A stretch of 64,000 bases of DNA from Octopus sinensis (Eukaryota). A model generated the notes under the pieces. The model saw only the letters and a list, made by a program, of their open reading frames with translations, did not search any database and was not told where the DNA came from. Location: positions 107,508,001-107,572,000 of the forward strand of contig NC_043005.1 of assembly GCF_006345805.1 (NCBI RefSeq), given 5' to 3'. Of the stretch, positions 25,516 to 40,035 are shown one piece after another. How positions within the stretch are numbered: position 1 is the stretch's first letter; every line of letters starts with the position of its first letter. The position numbers and the translations under genes are program-made.

Positions 25516-28143
25516 CAACATTCAAAAGTATGAAATTTCAAACAAGTATCAGTTATATTTAAAACAAATTAAAAACTAAAATGCTTTGAAAAAATCTAAA
25601 GAATTCTTCCCATTTTTTATTAAATAAGAAACTACCAGTTTTATCGTTTAAAAAACAACCCATCTAGTGATACTAAAATGTAAAGGAACATAAATTCAAA
25701 TAAATTAAATTGAATTAAATTTTAATAACATCAGTTCAGGAGTTTCATAATTTCTTCCTCCTAAAATGATACTGGTCTGTATTTCGTTCACCTTGTTAGG
25801 CAGTTATTGGTTGCCATTATATCTAACTGTTAGACTAACAACAATTTCCTTCATATGTCTTACCTTCAGCTTGGAAAACACTTTCAAGGTCGAACGCATC
25901 TGTGGCTTAGATAATCTGCGTAAAGGAATAAGGAATGAGCGAAAAGAAATACTTCAGAATAGCCAGTGTCATGTATTTGAACAACATGCTTTTGGATATG
26001 AGTATAATAAATAGTATAGAATATATTCTCTCTCTCTTTCTCTCTCTCCCTCCACACACACAGACACACATATATATATGTATACACACACACATACATA
26101 CACACACACAAACACACATACATATACGCACAAACACATATACATATGGTAAAATGAGACGGAGAAACGGTGTAAAATGTGAGATGAAGATAGAGAGGGA
26201 GAAGAAGAATATGGCCAACATTTTCTTTTACGATCCTGTCAAGAAATCATAGAAACGACCGAACAATACTATCCTCCTCCAAACCATCCAAAGTAAAGTT
26301 AGATGATCTACCTGTCACGAAATAGAAAACAACAACAATATCTATTACAAAGAATAAAAACAAAGAAACCGTACGCAAAAATTACCCGAAATTTCTTGCA
26401 ACTAAAAGCAAAATAAAGAAAAAAAATCTACATACGCGCGCGCACGCACATAATGAAGAACGAAGAGAAATGGTTGATTGACATTAAAGTTCAAAGATAG
26501 AAAATGATACTAGTTAGTCAAAGATTGTATGTTGTACGGTAAGATAATGTCTAGACCGAGAATCAAAACTTAATCTCATCTTTAAAACTAGCAGGCAAGA
26601 TTCGTGAACTTTCGATAAAAGGTCTAGCAAGAGATTTGGAAATTGAGATAGTTGGCTATTTAGAAATGAAAAAAAATACATACATAGGCATACACATATA
26701 TATAGACGTGCAAACAATTATATACATATGTGCATACATACACGTATTATATAGGCTTAGATGCAGATATTAAAGGAACAAACAGATGAAGATATATACA
26801 AATACATACGCATGTTTTATCATACACATCCGCATATTATCAGTGTCAGAGTCTATAAGATTTCATTCGAGAATAATCTATTTTAAAGCAACATCTCTCT
26901 CTATTTACAGCAACGCCAATGCATCACGCACCCTGCCACATACATGCATGCTTATTTACGTACATACAGTTATACATGCATGATTGCATGCGAGTATGTG
27001 TTTGTATGCATTTTATAGCGATTGTCGAATATATATTAAATCAATATCGTATACATCTTAAAATTGCTACGGCCTTTCTTCGCTTTCGCGCGATTCTCGA
27101 AGAATTCGGTGGGAAAGAGAACACAGCTAAGTTCATTTAATGCTTGTTATAGTTAAGGTAACGGTAATTTTTTCAAGAAGTGAAGATACTGGAAGTGTTT
27201 TGTTTTCATACCCCGCTGAAATAAAGCTAAGCGTTATAATAAGCAAATAATACGTTCAAAATTTATGAGGCCAGTTGCAAGTAATCATAATTTTAAAGAG
27301 GCAGCTTCACTTCCCTTCTTTATTTTACATGAAATAACTGAAGTATTTCACAGCCTCTTCAACGTAAATACGATCATTTGTACATGTGGTTCATAAAACG
27401 TTATTTGTATTATAGTTTTAAGTACAATTTATAATTATTCGTCTGTCTAGGATTATCTTTCTGTTGGGTTATTAAAGCAATGTCAAGTTTTATTTCTTCC
27501 TACAAAACTGATAAAAGAGAAAATATTCTATAAATATTGCATGCGTGCTTAGAAATTCGCCCATTTTTTTATTATCATTGAAACAAATATGAACGATTAG
27601 AACTAATATCTAGAGATTTTAATAGATATTTATCAATTATTCTTATAGACTGCGTTTCCTTGTAGTGTATTTAATGTATAACTACAAATATGTAAAATTA
27701 AACAAAAATTCGAACGATATCAATTTGAAGCAAAATTTATTTTTGCGATTTATGATAAAAGATACAGTATTGTATGCATTACATGATTCATAGAGAAAAT
27801 TTTTAACTGCTGTGTTAACATGAAGTTGATCATTTTAAAATTAGACATTCACAGCTACCTGTGCATGAAAAATTGTAAGCACACATTTTACCTGTTTGAT
27901 TTTCGTTCACTTTCGTTCCAGCGTTTAATAGAAAATCGACTCCTTTTCTATCTCTTCCTCCCAAAGTGACGATCATCGAAACAGGCTAAATAATGAGGCG
28001 TATGAGAAAATCTACTCTTTTCCACTGAAAATTATAAGCACGGCAAGTATTAGAACTGAAACCTAATCTAAATTTAGTAATAATTAATTAATTATGTACA
28101 TGACTTGGCTAGCATATTTCTCAGAGTAGTTAAATATATATAT

Positions 28144-28190
28144 TGGCGCAGGAGTGGTTGTGTGTTACGAAGCTTGCTCCCCAACCGTGT
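28144..28190 (+). mobile_element. SINE family C head fragment
   Basis: ggcgcaggagtggttgtgtgttacgaagcttgctccccaacc. Confidence 0.6.
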
Positions 28191-28699
28191 GTAGAGCGAA
28201 GTCATATAGAATAGGTAATAAAATGTGTTTATAATGCACAACAGATTTTATGAAAATACTCTAGTCGAGAGAGGCATTACTGTACAGCATTGAAGAGATG
28301 GGAACAAAATGCCGACATAAGAATAACTTTACATATAATTAAAGGAAAAATATATGAAATTATAAACCCCCACCAGTATGTCACTTCTTAAACAATTATG
28401 AAGAAGTTAGTTAAATGCAGTTATAATATAATTTTATAGTAGTATTAGATACAGATATACTAGGAACCGAGAGTTTATCGGTATTGTAATTTAGGTGTTT
28501 AATTTTTAAATTTTAAAATATTTAAAAATTTTTATATGCTTATTATATTCTATTCATATTCTTATTTTTCTATTTAATATGTATTCTTAACATTAATCCG
28601 TTAATATAATAACAATAAGATAAATAGCCTGAGGACGCACTAGTGGATTTATGTAATAGGTATAGCCTTGATAACCACTTCAGCGCAGAGAACAGGATA

Positions 28700-29081
28700 G
28701 ATGTTTTCCTTGATGGTGATAGTTTCAATTCATCTTCAAGACACTTCCTCCTCCTACATTCAGCTGCTCGCTTTTACATTGTTGATAAAGCTGGAGTAAC
28801 ATCCCCTTATGTAGCAACTATGTCAGCAGGAATTTCCTTCGGCTCTAAAGCCTTTTTCTGCAGGTACTTGTTAACTCTGCAACGCCAAATTTTGTCGATT
28901 TGCAAAATACGTTGCTGTTCGTTACACTTGAAGTGTTCTTTGAACAATGAGATCTCAGTTTACCTGGGGAGAAACGATGCAAATATTAATAAGTAAAGTT
29001 AAACTTAATGCATGCAAGACTTTACGACTCAAGAATTATTCCTTCAAAATTAGCCTATGAAATTTTCAACCTGCCCTCGTA
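28700..29081 (-). mobile_element. Mariner transposon 5' fragment (TIR + HTH of transposase), decayed
   Basis: TA+CGAGGGCAGGTTGAAAATTTCATAGGCT terminal repeat at 29081-29052. Minus translation LQKKALEPKEIPADIVAT*GDVTPALSTM*KRAAECRRRKCLED matches the mariner N-terminal HTH (..P..ST..KW...F..G..SLED). Confidence 0.85.
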
Positions 29082-29264
29082 CCGGATTGAATATCTACCT
29101 GATTCGACACAGTAACATGGTAAAAACAACCATACATACACATACACACATACAAACATACATACATACATACATACATACATACATACATACATACAAC
29201 ATACATACATACATATATATTTATACGTATTCTTATATATACACATGTGTTTCATAGATGCTGG

Positions 29265-29560
29265 CGTAGCTGTATTTGCTTCCAAAATTACATGGTACCG
29301 AGCGCAAGTATCCTCTATGTTAACTCCGGTTTAACTATAGCCCTGGGAATGGATTTGGTAGGCGGAAAGTGAAAGAAGTCAGTCGGATATGTGTGTGTGT
29401 TTGTGTGATAGATAGAGATAGAGATTGTATTTATCCCCCCATCACCAGCTTGACTGCCGGTGTTCGTTTGCTGACGTCTCTGTAACTAAACGGTTCGGCA
29501 AAAGGTTTCGATAGAATAAGTACCATGCTTGAAATCATTTAAGTAGTTGAGTTGATACGT
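29265..29560 (+). mobile_element. SINE family C, old diverged copy with central (TG)/(GATA) tract and tail
   Basis: ggatttggtaggcggaaagtgaaagaag...gtaactaaacggttcggcaaaag...gatagaataagtac. Confidence 0.6.
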
Positions 29561-29929
29561 TCCACTAAACCTGTACCCTAGTTAAGACACAAATATATGA
29601 TAAAAGATATGCCTATATGTATATGTGTATGTGTGCTTGTGTGTGTGAATGAAAGAAAGGGAGAATGAAAGTACATGCATATCTAAATCTCCAGTAAGTG
29701 ATATAACTTATTCAATAAGTATTTTATATGAGCGCCAAGGTAAGTAACTTTGTGCGTATTTAAATTCCTGAATAAATTCACATGAGATCAATTTCTAAGC
29801 CCGTATAGAGGCAACTATTCAACAAATTTATCTTCAAAATTATAGCTAAAAATATTGGTTCTTTACATATCAACATGAATTCAGTCTACGATTCAGGCAC
29901 ACTCACATACATACATACACACACATATA

Positions 29930-29983
<54 letters not shown>

Positions 29984-30846
29984 ATATATAATATATATAT
30001 ATATATTAGAATAAGTCAATACACGATCAAATTTCGGAACGACGACCTGTCATGCCAGGATTATTGGCATTTTATAAAGATTACATTCAAAAATATAAAA
30101 CAAAAGTAAATTGCAAACCTGTATGAAATTTTCATATTTATCTAATATACTTTTCTAAAATTACATTATTTCATAAACACGAACATCCACATTCTAAAAT
30201 ATATGTATTTCATAAATACATATGTATAGATATATGCATATATGTATATATATATATGCCTACACACATATATATGTGTGTCTATGACGCTCATGCATAC
30301 GCACACAGGCACATATGTATAACTGAGTCTAAAATATGTCCATGTGTCTGTACGTTGTACATTGAAAACAGTTTCAGAAAATATAGAAATATGGAATAAA
30401 TTCTTATATTTTTATTAATAAAATTTCTATTAAATTTTCTGTATTACTTTTGGTTGTGCTCATTTTTATCTTAATATTACTTAAATTCTTATTGTTTTCC
30501 GCTACTAATAATCTTCCACAACATCATGAGCATCAACTTTCAACTGAAGATAAACATTTTTGTCAAATATCTAGAAATGCTAAAATGTAATTCGTCATCA
30601 CTCTGAATAATCATCAACATATTCATTATATTAATCACCATAATCATAACCAATAGTGTTTTTTTCCCATTAATCGGATGCCATTTTAATACGTTTCGTT
30701 TCATTGTTTTAATTTTTGTAGTATTTTCTGAAAATTATTTTCTTTAGATTTATTCAACTAGACAGAAATAAAATAAATTTTTAGTTATTGATATGGATAT
30801 TTATAATAGCATCCAGAATATGAAGCAACAATCGATGCACACAATC

Positions 30847-30888
<42 letters not shown>

Positions 30889-31349
30889 TTGCGTGTGCAC
30901 GTATTAGTGTGTGTGTTTATGTACATATGTAAATGTATGTATATACATATATATATGTATATCTATGAATGTATATGTATCTATCTATCTCACTTTCTTT
31001 CTCTCTCTCTCTTTTTCTCTCTCTGTCTCTTTCTCTCTCCGTCTCTGTCTCTGTCTCTGTCTCTCTCTCTTTCTATATATATATATATATAGAGAGAGAG
31101 ACAGAGACAGAGATGAAGAGATAGATAGACTGATAGATATATAAATATATAGATAGAAAGTTACATACATTTATACATACATACATACTTATATATCGAA
31201 AATCAACATTTTATTGATGATGTCATGACAACACTCCCGTATTGACAGTCATAAATTATATTTTCTATAGTTAGAAACCTTCAAGTTCAATAAAATGAAG
31301 AAACACAACTTCATATGTACATTGTACACGTTGACACACACACACACTT

Positions 31350-31424
<75 letters not shown>

Positions 31425-31468
31425 TATATATATATATACATATGTATGCATGTATGTATATGTGTAGG

Positions 31469-31508
<40 letters not shown>

Positions 31509-31987
31509 CACACACACATGTATATAACCAAAGACTGATATAAAAACATAGACCCAAAATATATTACGACAAAAAAACAGTCAATGAATTATAACATTCA
31601 ACACAAGGACATTTTTCGCGACAATTCCCCACACAAGCCCATTTTTTCTTTTTTTGTTATTATTGAAATTATCGAATTGAATTTCTATGAATTAAATAAA
31701 TCTTTCGGAAACAGATGACATTTCTTCAAGAAAATACATAACAGGAAATGTCTACGTTAATCCAATGTCTTTGATATGATTTTAAATGACATGTGTATAC
31801 AGAATTAAGAATATCAGTTATTGTAAATGAAAGTTTTGAAATAAAATTGCATTATGTTATTTTACATATTTGTGCACGCGCGTGTGTGTAGGTGTGTGTG
31901 AATGTGTATTTGTGTGCATGCATGTGTACGTAAGTGTGTGTGTATCTGTGTGCTTCTATGTGTGTATCAACACACTAACGCATACAT

Positions 31988-32019
<32 letters not shown>

Positions 32020-32174
32020 GAATATTTGTATGCGTCTCTGTCTGTTTATTTCTACCTTTATTTCTCCCCCTATCTAATATTCTCTTGCTCCAGTCTTATA
32101 ACATCATTCAGTTTACCTGTAGGATGACTCGATGAAATGTTAAATCATAGCCAATATGTCTCTGGAAATTTAAG

Positions 32175-32660
32175 GCTGAGAGCCACCCGAATCGTTAGGG
32201 GCAATTCGTCCGTCTTTACTTTGTCAGTTCAAATTCCGCCGAGGCTGATTTTTGCCTTTCATCCTTTCTAAGTAGATAAAATAAGTACCAGTTGAGTACA
32301 CGGCTCGATTTAATCGAATTACACCGTTCCCCTAAATTGCTAGCCTTCTGCCAACAATTTTAAACCAATATTTCAATGATACTTTTATGGCGGTGAGCTA
32401 CTAGAATCGTCAACACACCAGGCAAAATGATTTGAGTTAATTCATGTGTCTTTACGTTCTGGGATTAAATTGTGCAGAGATCGATTTTGCCTTTCATTCA
32501 TCCAGGATCGACAAAATAAACGGTAGATAAGCTTAATCCCTCCCCACAAATTGCTGACCGTCTGTTAATTTTTGAAACTAATATTCAACTGGTACTTTAA
32601 TTTATCGACCTCAAAAGGTCGAACGATAAAGTTAACATCTGTGTGATTTAAACTTCGTAG
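32175..32660 (+). mobile_element. Cluster of diverged SINE family A copies (two plus, one minus fragment at ~32590-32660)
   Basis: gttcaaattccgccgagg...gataaaataagtaccag; ggcggtgagctactagaatcg; gtactttaatttatcgacc. Confidence 0.7.
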
Positions 32661-32899
32661 GTTAAAACCCATGTCTATCATTTGGTACGTGCTCTCACAT
32701 ATTATGCAGACATTGTCACGGGAAATTAATTCCTTAAAAATTTAAAAAACCAAGCATCTCTTTAACATTTAGCATTTTCTTTACAGAAAACTTTCGTTAA
32801 ATCATAGACAATAAGTCACTGGAAATTTAAGGCTGAGAGCTACCCAAATCGTTTCGTTTGAATCATTTTTATTTATTTCTTCTTGATTATCATCCATAT

Positions 32900-33330
32900 G
32901 ATATGCATGTTTCTGTTTCATATTTAAAATGCCTTCATTATCGACATCCATATTTCGCAAGTGAAGCAATTCTTTGATTTTGATCTTCCAATGATCTGTT
33001 CTCGAAGTGCCCAGAAGTGAATACAGTCAATTCATTTCAGCTACCGCTTTAATCAAGTTATTTATTGCAATTATTATCTCTTCATTAACTTAAAGATTTT
33101 AGGTATACGTGTCCAAAACTGTTTTCTTTTATTTTTTTGTCAAATTTAAAGATTCTATAGTTACATTCTCCATCGACATTATCCACCTGGTGAGAAATCT
33201 TACAGCCACACAAGAATACAGGATTGTATATTTCTCCACAGACATCAAGCTGCAGACGGAAGACAAGCCAATATTTGAATTTTTGCAAGAATTTATGTCT
33301 CTTCTTTGTGAGCGATGCTAGTAGAATAAA
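32900..33330 (-). mobile_element. Possible decayed L1-type LINE ORF2 fragment
   Basis: Minus frame with stops: ..NL*VNEEIIIAINNLIKAVAEMN*..DHWKIKIKELLHL resembles the 'EEI..AI..L..K..G.D..FW..I...L' pre-RT motif. Confidence 0.3.
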
Positions 33331-33788
33331 CCATTGCTTGCAAATTTTATACGCAGAATTTGGAATTTGATAGGAAAAGTACAAAATACAAGAAAAAGTC
33401 GGTGATCGCAATTTTCAACGACTTGATGATCGCAGTAATTATACATACGTACCTAAATCAAACGCGCATGCCCACGTGTTTCATTCTTTCTTTATCTATC
33501 TATCTATCTATATATCTATCTATCTATCTATCTACCTATCTATGTATCTATCTCTCTATTTCTCATTCTCTCTCTCTTTCTCACTCTCTCTAACTCTCTG
33601 TATACATACATATATATGCATATATGTATATGCATACATATATAGACATACGTATGCATTATGCTTTTGCGCATGTATGTATTTATATACTACTTCAGCG
33701 ATGATAATTTTTACAATATATATATGTATACATTCATACACACACACACACAAACACACACAGACATACATATATACACACACATATT

Positions 33789-33820
<32 letters not shown>

Positions 33821-34719
33821 TGTGTGTGTGTGTGCGTGTTTGCCTGCGTGTGTCTGTAAGAATGTATGTACGTATGTATGTATATATGTATACATATATA
33901 TTGTACTGTATTGGATCATATAATTTACAATATATTGCTTCTTCTGCTCTATTCTCATTGATTCTCCTTCGAAAAGTTCTTCTTGCATTAAATTGTTGTT
34001 CAGAGAAGTATAAGGACAAGAGAAACAAAGACAATCGTATATTTGCGTACACACATATATGTATATACACCTCTCTCTCTCTCTCTCACTGTATATGTGT
34101 GTGTGTGCGTATGTGTCTGCGTATATGTATACATGTATATATATATATATGCGTGTGTGTGTGTGTGTGTCTATATAAGTATATTTATACATATGTATAT
34201 ATGCAGATATACATATATACGCATGCCTATGCATACACACACACACACAAAGGAATATATGCGTATTTATAAATACTTAGAAAATAAACAAGAAATAACG
34301 ATATAAACCTTTATAATATATTCGAGAAATGCTCTTTGTAGATAAACGATCCGATTATTGTGTGGAAGTCGTGGATTCGTTTGTCTGTTTTGTTATAAAT
34401 GTTCCTTTCTTGTTAACAACAACATAATAATATTCACCAAATCTCAACAAGAAAGTGACGTTACAGCTGCCAGCAAATGGCCAACTATTTAGTTAGATGG
34501 CGTTGCTTGGTGATTAGGATGTTGATAGCAGGACCAGCAGATTTTAGATTCTTCTTTGTTTGTGTTTTTTTTTTTTTGGCTTTCTGTTTATTAATTCTTC
34601 CCATTACCGTAAAATAAAAGAAGCGGGGAAAAGAACTAATCAGTTTTAAAAGAATAAATTTCAATACCAACCACATCAACATTCTCAGCCAAAACACGAT
34701 CGTCAACGCTAACACCCAT

Positions 34720-34847
34720 CATCATCAGCATGACTACCGCCAACGCCATCATCACCAGCATCACAAACACCAATCCCATCCTCACCACTGCCAACCCCAT
34801 CATCATCATCATCATCATCATCGTCATCAACATCATCATCATCATCG

Positions 34848-34901
<54 letters not shown>

Positions 34902-35170
34902 CCATCATCATCATCACCATCACCATCACCACCATCATCATCATCATCATGACCAGTATCATCATCATTATCATCATCATCAAGGTGGGTGTTGAGGTCA
35001 TCGTCATCATAACCATAAATATCATCACCAACGTAGTCATTGTCGTAGTCATCAGCATCCTCCCCCACCACCTCCTCATCATAATCATTCATCTTCCGCT
35101 TCTCTTCTTTCTTCGTATTATCATCAATTCCATCGACGTCACCTTCATCATCATTATCACCATTACACTC
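34720..35170. repeat. Long cryptic (CAT)n repeat
   Basis: Directly visible. Confidence 0.92.
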
Positions 35171-35554
35171 ATCTACAAATAGCAGCAATCATCTCCCATC
35201 CCACCTATATTCTGTCCCCCGTATGAAATGTATCTATTTTTATAGAATATTTACCATTTCTTCATAAATTCTATTGCAGTTCCTTACAATTCCTTCATCT
35301 CCATTGCAACTCCACTGCGCTTCTTCTTTCATCAGTTTTGATAATTATTTCTCGGTATTTTCCTATATATCTTTTTTGTGGGACATTTCTTTCTTATTTC
35401 TAGTGCTCTATTTATACACATATGCACACGCACACATATACACAGTGTGTCTGTATATGCTCACACATATACAAACACAGTCGGCACTCACACACACATA
35501 TGTATACATAACGTGTATTAGATATATCATATATTTTGTGTATATGTATGCATG

Positions 35555-35614
<60 letters not shown>

Positions 35615-35974
35615 ACGTATGATGCATATGTATAAATGAGAATATGAGAATGTATGTGTAGGTTTGTGTGTCTATTCTGATTTTTGTGTGAGTGTGCCTG
35701 TCAACTTTTTATATTTTACTCGTTTATTTTATGTTGTTGACATCTTTGAAGTAATGGTCATTCGTTAAATATTCCAGTAATAAAAGAGACAAAAAATCTT
35801 GAAATGTTTAGTTCAATCAGACATCAACGAGCATAGATTTCACGAAAGCAAAAGACACACAACAAGAGGAAACAAGAACACATATTTTTATATTATTTAC
35901 TTTATATGACACACATTCGAAACACATATATGACACACACACACACACACACACACGTACATATATATATATAT

Positions 35975-36017
<43 letters not shown>

Positions 36018-37199
36018 CATGTCTATATCTATCTATGTATATATGTGTGTGTGTATCTATATATGTATATACATACCTATACATATGCAATAATATGTAA
36101 TTGTGTATATAGATACAAATGTGTATATAATAACGTGTGTGCGTTTATATAATTATATATCGATGTTTTCGGCAATATATGTGTGTGTGTTTGTGTGTGT
36201 GTATAAATAAGTATATGGAAAATTGAGGATATATTTACGTGCATATTGATAGAAAACAGAAGGAGAGATTCAGATATTTGTAAATACTGATATGAATGCG
36301 CATAAATATACTAATATACATGATATATACACGCTCGCGCGAATTTATAAATACACACAGCTTTGCTTCACATATGCCTCACACATCTTTTGTTCATGTG
36401 GTGGCTTCATCACTATACATTTATTTTCACAGAAGCTGTTATTTAAACAAACTCGGGCCTGTTGGAATACGATAACAAGTCATACCAATGAAAGAAAGTC
36501 CACCTTCCACCTTTCTTAAGCGTTTTATTTATTCGTATTCAAAGATGTCTCTAATGATATTATCTCTGCGATTTTAACTGCAGATGTGATTAGGTCAACT
36601 GAGATACAAATTGAGGAAATCTTCGGAACACTGAAATAAACCAATTCTTATTCGAGTATTGTCTACAAAGTTTCATATATGTTTATATGTTTTTTTATTA
36701 AAGCATTTGTTGACAACAGCAAGCGCCCTCCTTTTTACAGTCGTCATACATTTTCCACTAAGTTCCCGCCACCTTATTAGATTGTCCAAACCGTTTACTA
36801 GTGTCAAACTATAATGTCAAATTGTACTCTGGATTAATTTCAGATTGACAAGTCACGTGAGCTTTGGAAGAGTTCGGCTAAATTGGACATAATTAAAATA
36901 TAAATAAAATGTGTCATAATTAAAATACTTTTCTAAATATTTGTCCATTTTTATGGTTTAAATGGTCGGAAATGTCAGGCAGTAGCTGTCAGACATGTAA
37001 TACACACCGAGGCACGTGAACACCCACCCACACATATACACATGAACATGTAACTTATATATGATATATATGCATGCGTAACACACGACTATTGTCACAG
37101 TAATATGTGTGTTTGTATGTGTGTGTGTGTGTGTGTGTGGAGAGAGAGATGAAAGAGAGGGAGAGATAGAAATAGAGAGAAAGACAGAATGAAAAGAGG

Positions 37200-40035
37200 C
37201 AGCAAAATTTCTTTGGAACTGCAATATCCAACGTTTCAGACGTCATCGTTCTTCAATATTAAGAAAACAAATGCATAAGTGGGGAAAGGCCGCAAATGTT
37301 TATGTCATTATGTATGAGAGACTGTCTGTAACTGTGAGGAAAATAGGAACGAAAATAGTAGGAAAAGCGGGCGAGTGTGAAGTGGACGCAAAAATTAAGG
37401 TGAGTGGTAAATTAAAACATAAAACTAAGAGTATGAAGTAAGATGGGGTGAAGAAGTAGAAAGACAAACTTATTTAACACGTCAAAGCCATGCTCCCGAA
37501 ATTGAATATGAAATGTTGTTCCTTCCAGTGTGCGGATATATAATGCGCAAAGGTGCTGCATACTTGAAGAATATGCTTAAAGGAATAACATGATGTGTTG
37601 ATGTGGTGGGTTGGCCTGGCATACGTAGCAGTGTGTCTTGAAATATGTTCGTGACAGTGATCGGCAAGGCGACAGCCTGTTTACCTAACGTAAATTCACC
37701 ACAGATTTTGCAAAATAATACAATATATATGATTGGAAGATGTGCATCTGAGATTTTAGGTAAAGTGGTTTCTGTTCCTTAGTTCGATTGTTTTATTGCT
37801 GTCAATGTTGGCACAATTATGGCATCACCAGGGAACGCATTTATTAGTGTCTGGTTTGGAATGGCAAGACACTACTCTGCTTCTACCTGGAGCTGAGGTA
37901 CCTATATTTGTTGAAGACGAGATGAAATATTTCAGAATCGATCGAAGCTGTTTGGGGCTTAAAGTGTAGGATTTGAAATTTGCGGATACCTGCGCCTTTA
38001 ATGGTAGGATGAAGGATGGGCGGTAGGGGACAGTGGAATCGGTTTTGTGGGTGTCCATTAAACGGCCAGGAAAGTGGTGGTGTAGTGCTTTTCTTGGCCT
38101 GATGAAGTGCTGGATTCACAACCAATGGAGAATACCCACGATTTAAGAAGAACGTTACATTGAGATTGGAAATATGAATCAATGCTGCAGACTCGGAAAT
38201 GCCAGGGGGGGGGGTCACAAGAATTGCAACATTTAATGAAATTGGTATGAGAAGAAGAGGGGGTAAGACGCAGAGAAAAGACGCTGTTGATATTAAAGAT
38301 CTTGAGGAAACTAGCACTTGTGTTGGATACAGTTGAAGTAAATTCAATAATGGATAGAAGCGTTAAATGAAAGGGGTGAACCTACGAGCTATTGTCTGAT
38401 GAAGGTAGAAGCACCGAAACAACCGTTGATATAATGACCACAAAGCTTTGGTTCTAACCCATGAATTGCTCATTGAATTTCTCTTTAAAGGGTCTGTTAG
38501 GACGTTTACATAATTAACGTCCATCTTGGTTCCCAAGGTGATACCGCTGAAGTGTGTGCAAACAAGCATGTGAATCGACTGAAGATTAAGTTGAGTTTGA
38601 TTAAACGAAGTGTTGTAGTGTTGGGTGTAGGCATCGGTTTATTATGTATTTAAGCGATGTTAAGCCGTTGATGTCTGGAGAAACGACTTTACAGGCAGGA
38701 GACATTGTTCCAACTCAAAATATTTCTCTTCAACAGAAATTTGACAAATGTTTTCACGAAATACCAGTAGCAATGTCCACTACAGTACATGAACTTATCT
38801 ATTCTGGTTAACCTTCACCCTCTGCTAATGGTATCATTGTAACTACACTTCATATAACTACACTTCATATAACTGCCCAACGGAACTTTTCTATGCACAC
38901 TGCGACAAAATATTATCGCTACCCATCACTACCCCTTAAATCCACATATTTAAGACGGTAGACATACCCTAGTCCTTCAAAACATTTTCTTTTTCTGTCT
39001 GGACAGTCGAAGAACACTTTACCCCTGACATTAAAGCACTCTCCATAAATGAACTCTAGATATTCAAATATATTTGCAGGCCAGATTCAGGAGCAAATCT
39101 TTTTCCTTCGCATGATCTCCAGGTGGCATCGAGTTTCGATGTGAGAAAATTTTATGTACTCAGTCAATTCTTTAAGCTGAAGCTTTTGAAATCGTAACGG
39201 CATTTATTTACAAACATATCGACCAAGTAATATAGGCAGTCCTACACATCCAGTAGGAGTTGCACATTTCTAAGTTGGTGATATCATCTTCCATTGGAGG
39301 TACTTAACTTCTATAGAAATACCAAGTTGGGTCTGATGGAATAAACTGTGTCGACACGTACATCGAACTCAACTTCTCTTGTAGGAGAATAGTACCTAAT
39401 CCCGTTCAGCATCTGTGAATGGTAGATCTCTTGGGATGGTGAATGCCATAGAATATACTGCGAGTGGTCTGGAAAGATTGCGATGCCGGCGGTGGAGCAG
39501 GAATTGTATGTAGAGATTTTGCGTAACCCATAAAGTTTACTTTTGAAATCCTGTGTTTGAAGGTAAAAGAGCAGACGAGGTAGAGATGATCTTGACTGTG
39601 GGATAGCTCTCGTATCAGGTGGCTGTGTTTCTTGCATAAAGATGGGTGGTGGCTTGCATTTGCCGTTTCGAACAAAACGCAAGGGTGTGAAGACCGTTTG
39701 CAAAATCTTTTGTGGGGAGAGTGATGTGAAATCATAGATGGATGAAGGTTCAGCTGCAAGGCATAACAGAACGTCACTGTGGTGAAGAAAGATGCAAAGA
39801 AAGTATGACTGCTCCCAGAAACGAGTTCATATTCCACAGATTCCGGTTGGGTTATTGGGATTAGACAACAGTAAATGTGAATTTGGTAGCTGCATCAGGG
39901 TCCAACAAAAGACGGGTGTTGAACTTAGACGACGAGACGTGTATTAATTCGGGGAAAGCGGGAGTGGAGTATACAACGATTCGGACATCCTTTCTTCAGC
40001 GTAAATATAAGACGGAAAAACGAAAAAGCGCACGT
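37200..40035 (-). mobile_element. Penelope-like element (RT + GIY-YIG endonuclease) with two diverged direct pLTRs, decayed
   Basis: Minus translation: SGITLGTKM (G.AMGT), RYINGCFG (RYIDD relic), FLNRGYS..VV..AL..A, and TSSNHIYC..C....YV.*TGCRLADHCHEH (GIY-YIG). Terminal segments share tctta..t-tgaagaa..g..gtc.gaa.cgttg.ata.t.ca. Confidence 0.85.

Noticed and set aside
28643-28996. 117-aa plus-strand ORF
   Set aside because: It is the antisense of the mariner transposase fragment.
33085-33411. 108-aa ORF with Kazal-like CGEIYNPV and a GPCR-like SLMSVEKY in another frame
   Set aside because: Cysteine spacing and TM pattern are incomplete, and the adjacent frame reads as a decayed LINE.
34709-35188. 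159-aa Asp-rich ORF resembling acidic biomineralisation proteins
   Set aside because: It is the GAT frame of a cryptic (CAT)n repeat, where G-first codons cannot be stops. There is no signal peptide or splice support, and similar frames arise at 18.6-18.9, 56.9 and 59.2 kb.
36778-36895. miR-219-like GATTGTCCAAAC
   Set aside because: The match stops after ~12 nt, and the putative star sequence is ~100 nt away with poor pairing.
38395-38430. CTGATGA-aGGT-agaagc-ACC-GAAAC hammerhead-like string on the plus strand
   Set aside because: Stem I cannot form, and it is the antisense of the Penelope RT catalytic-motif codons, so probably coincidental.
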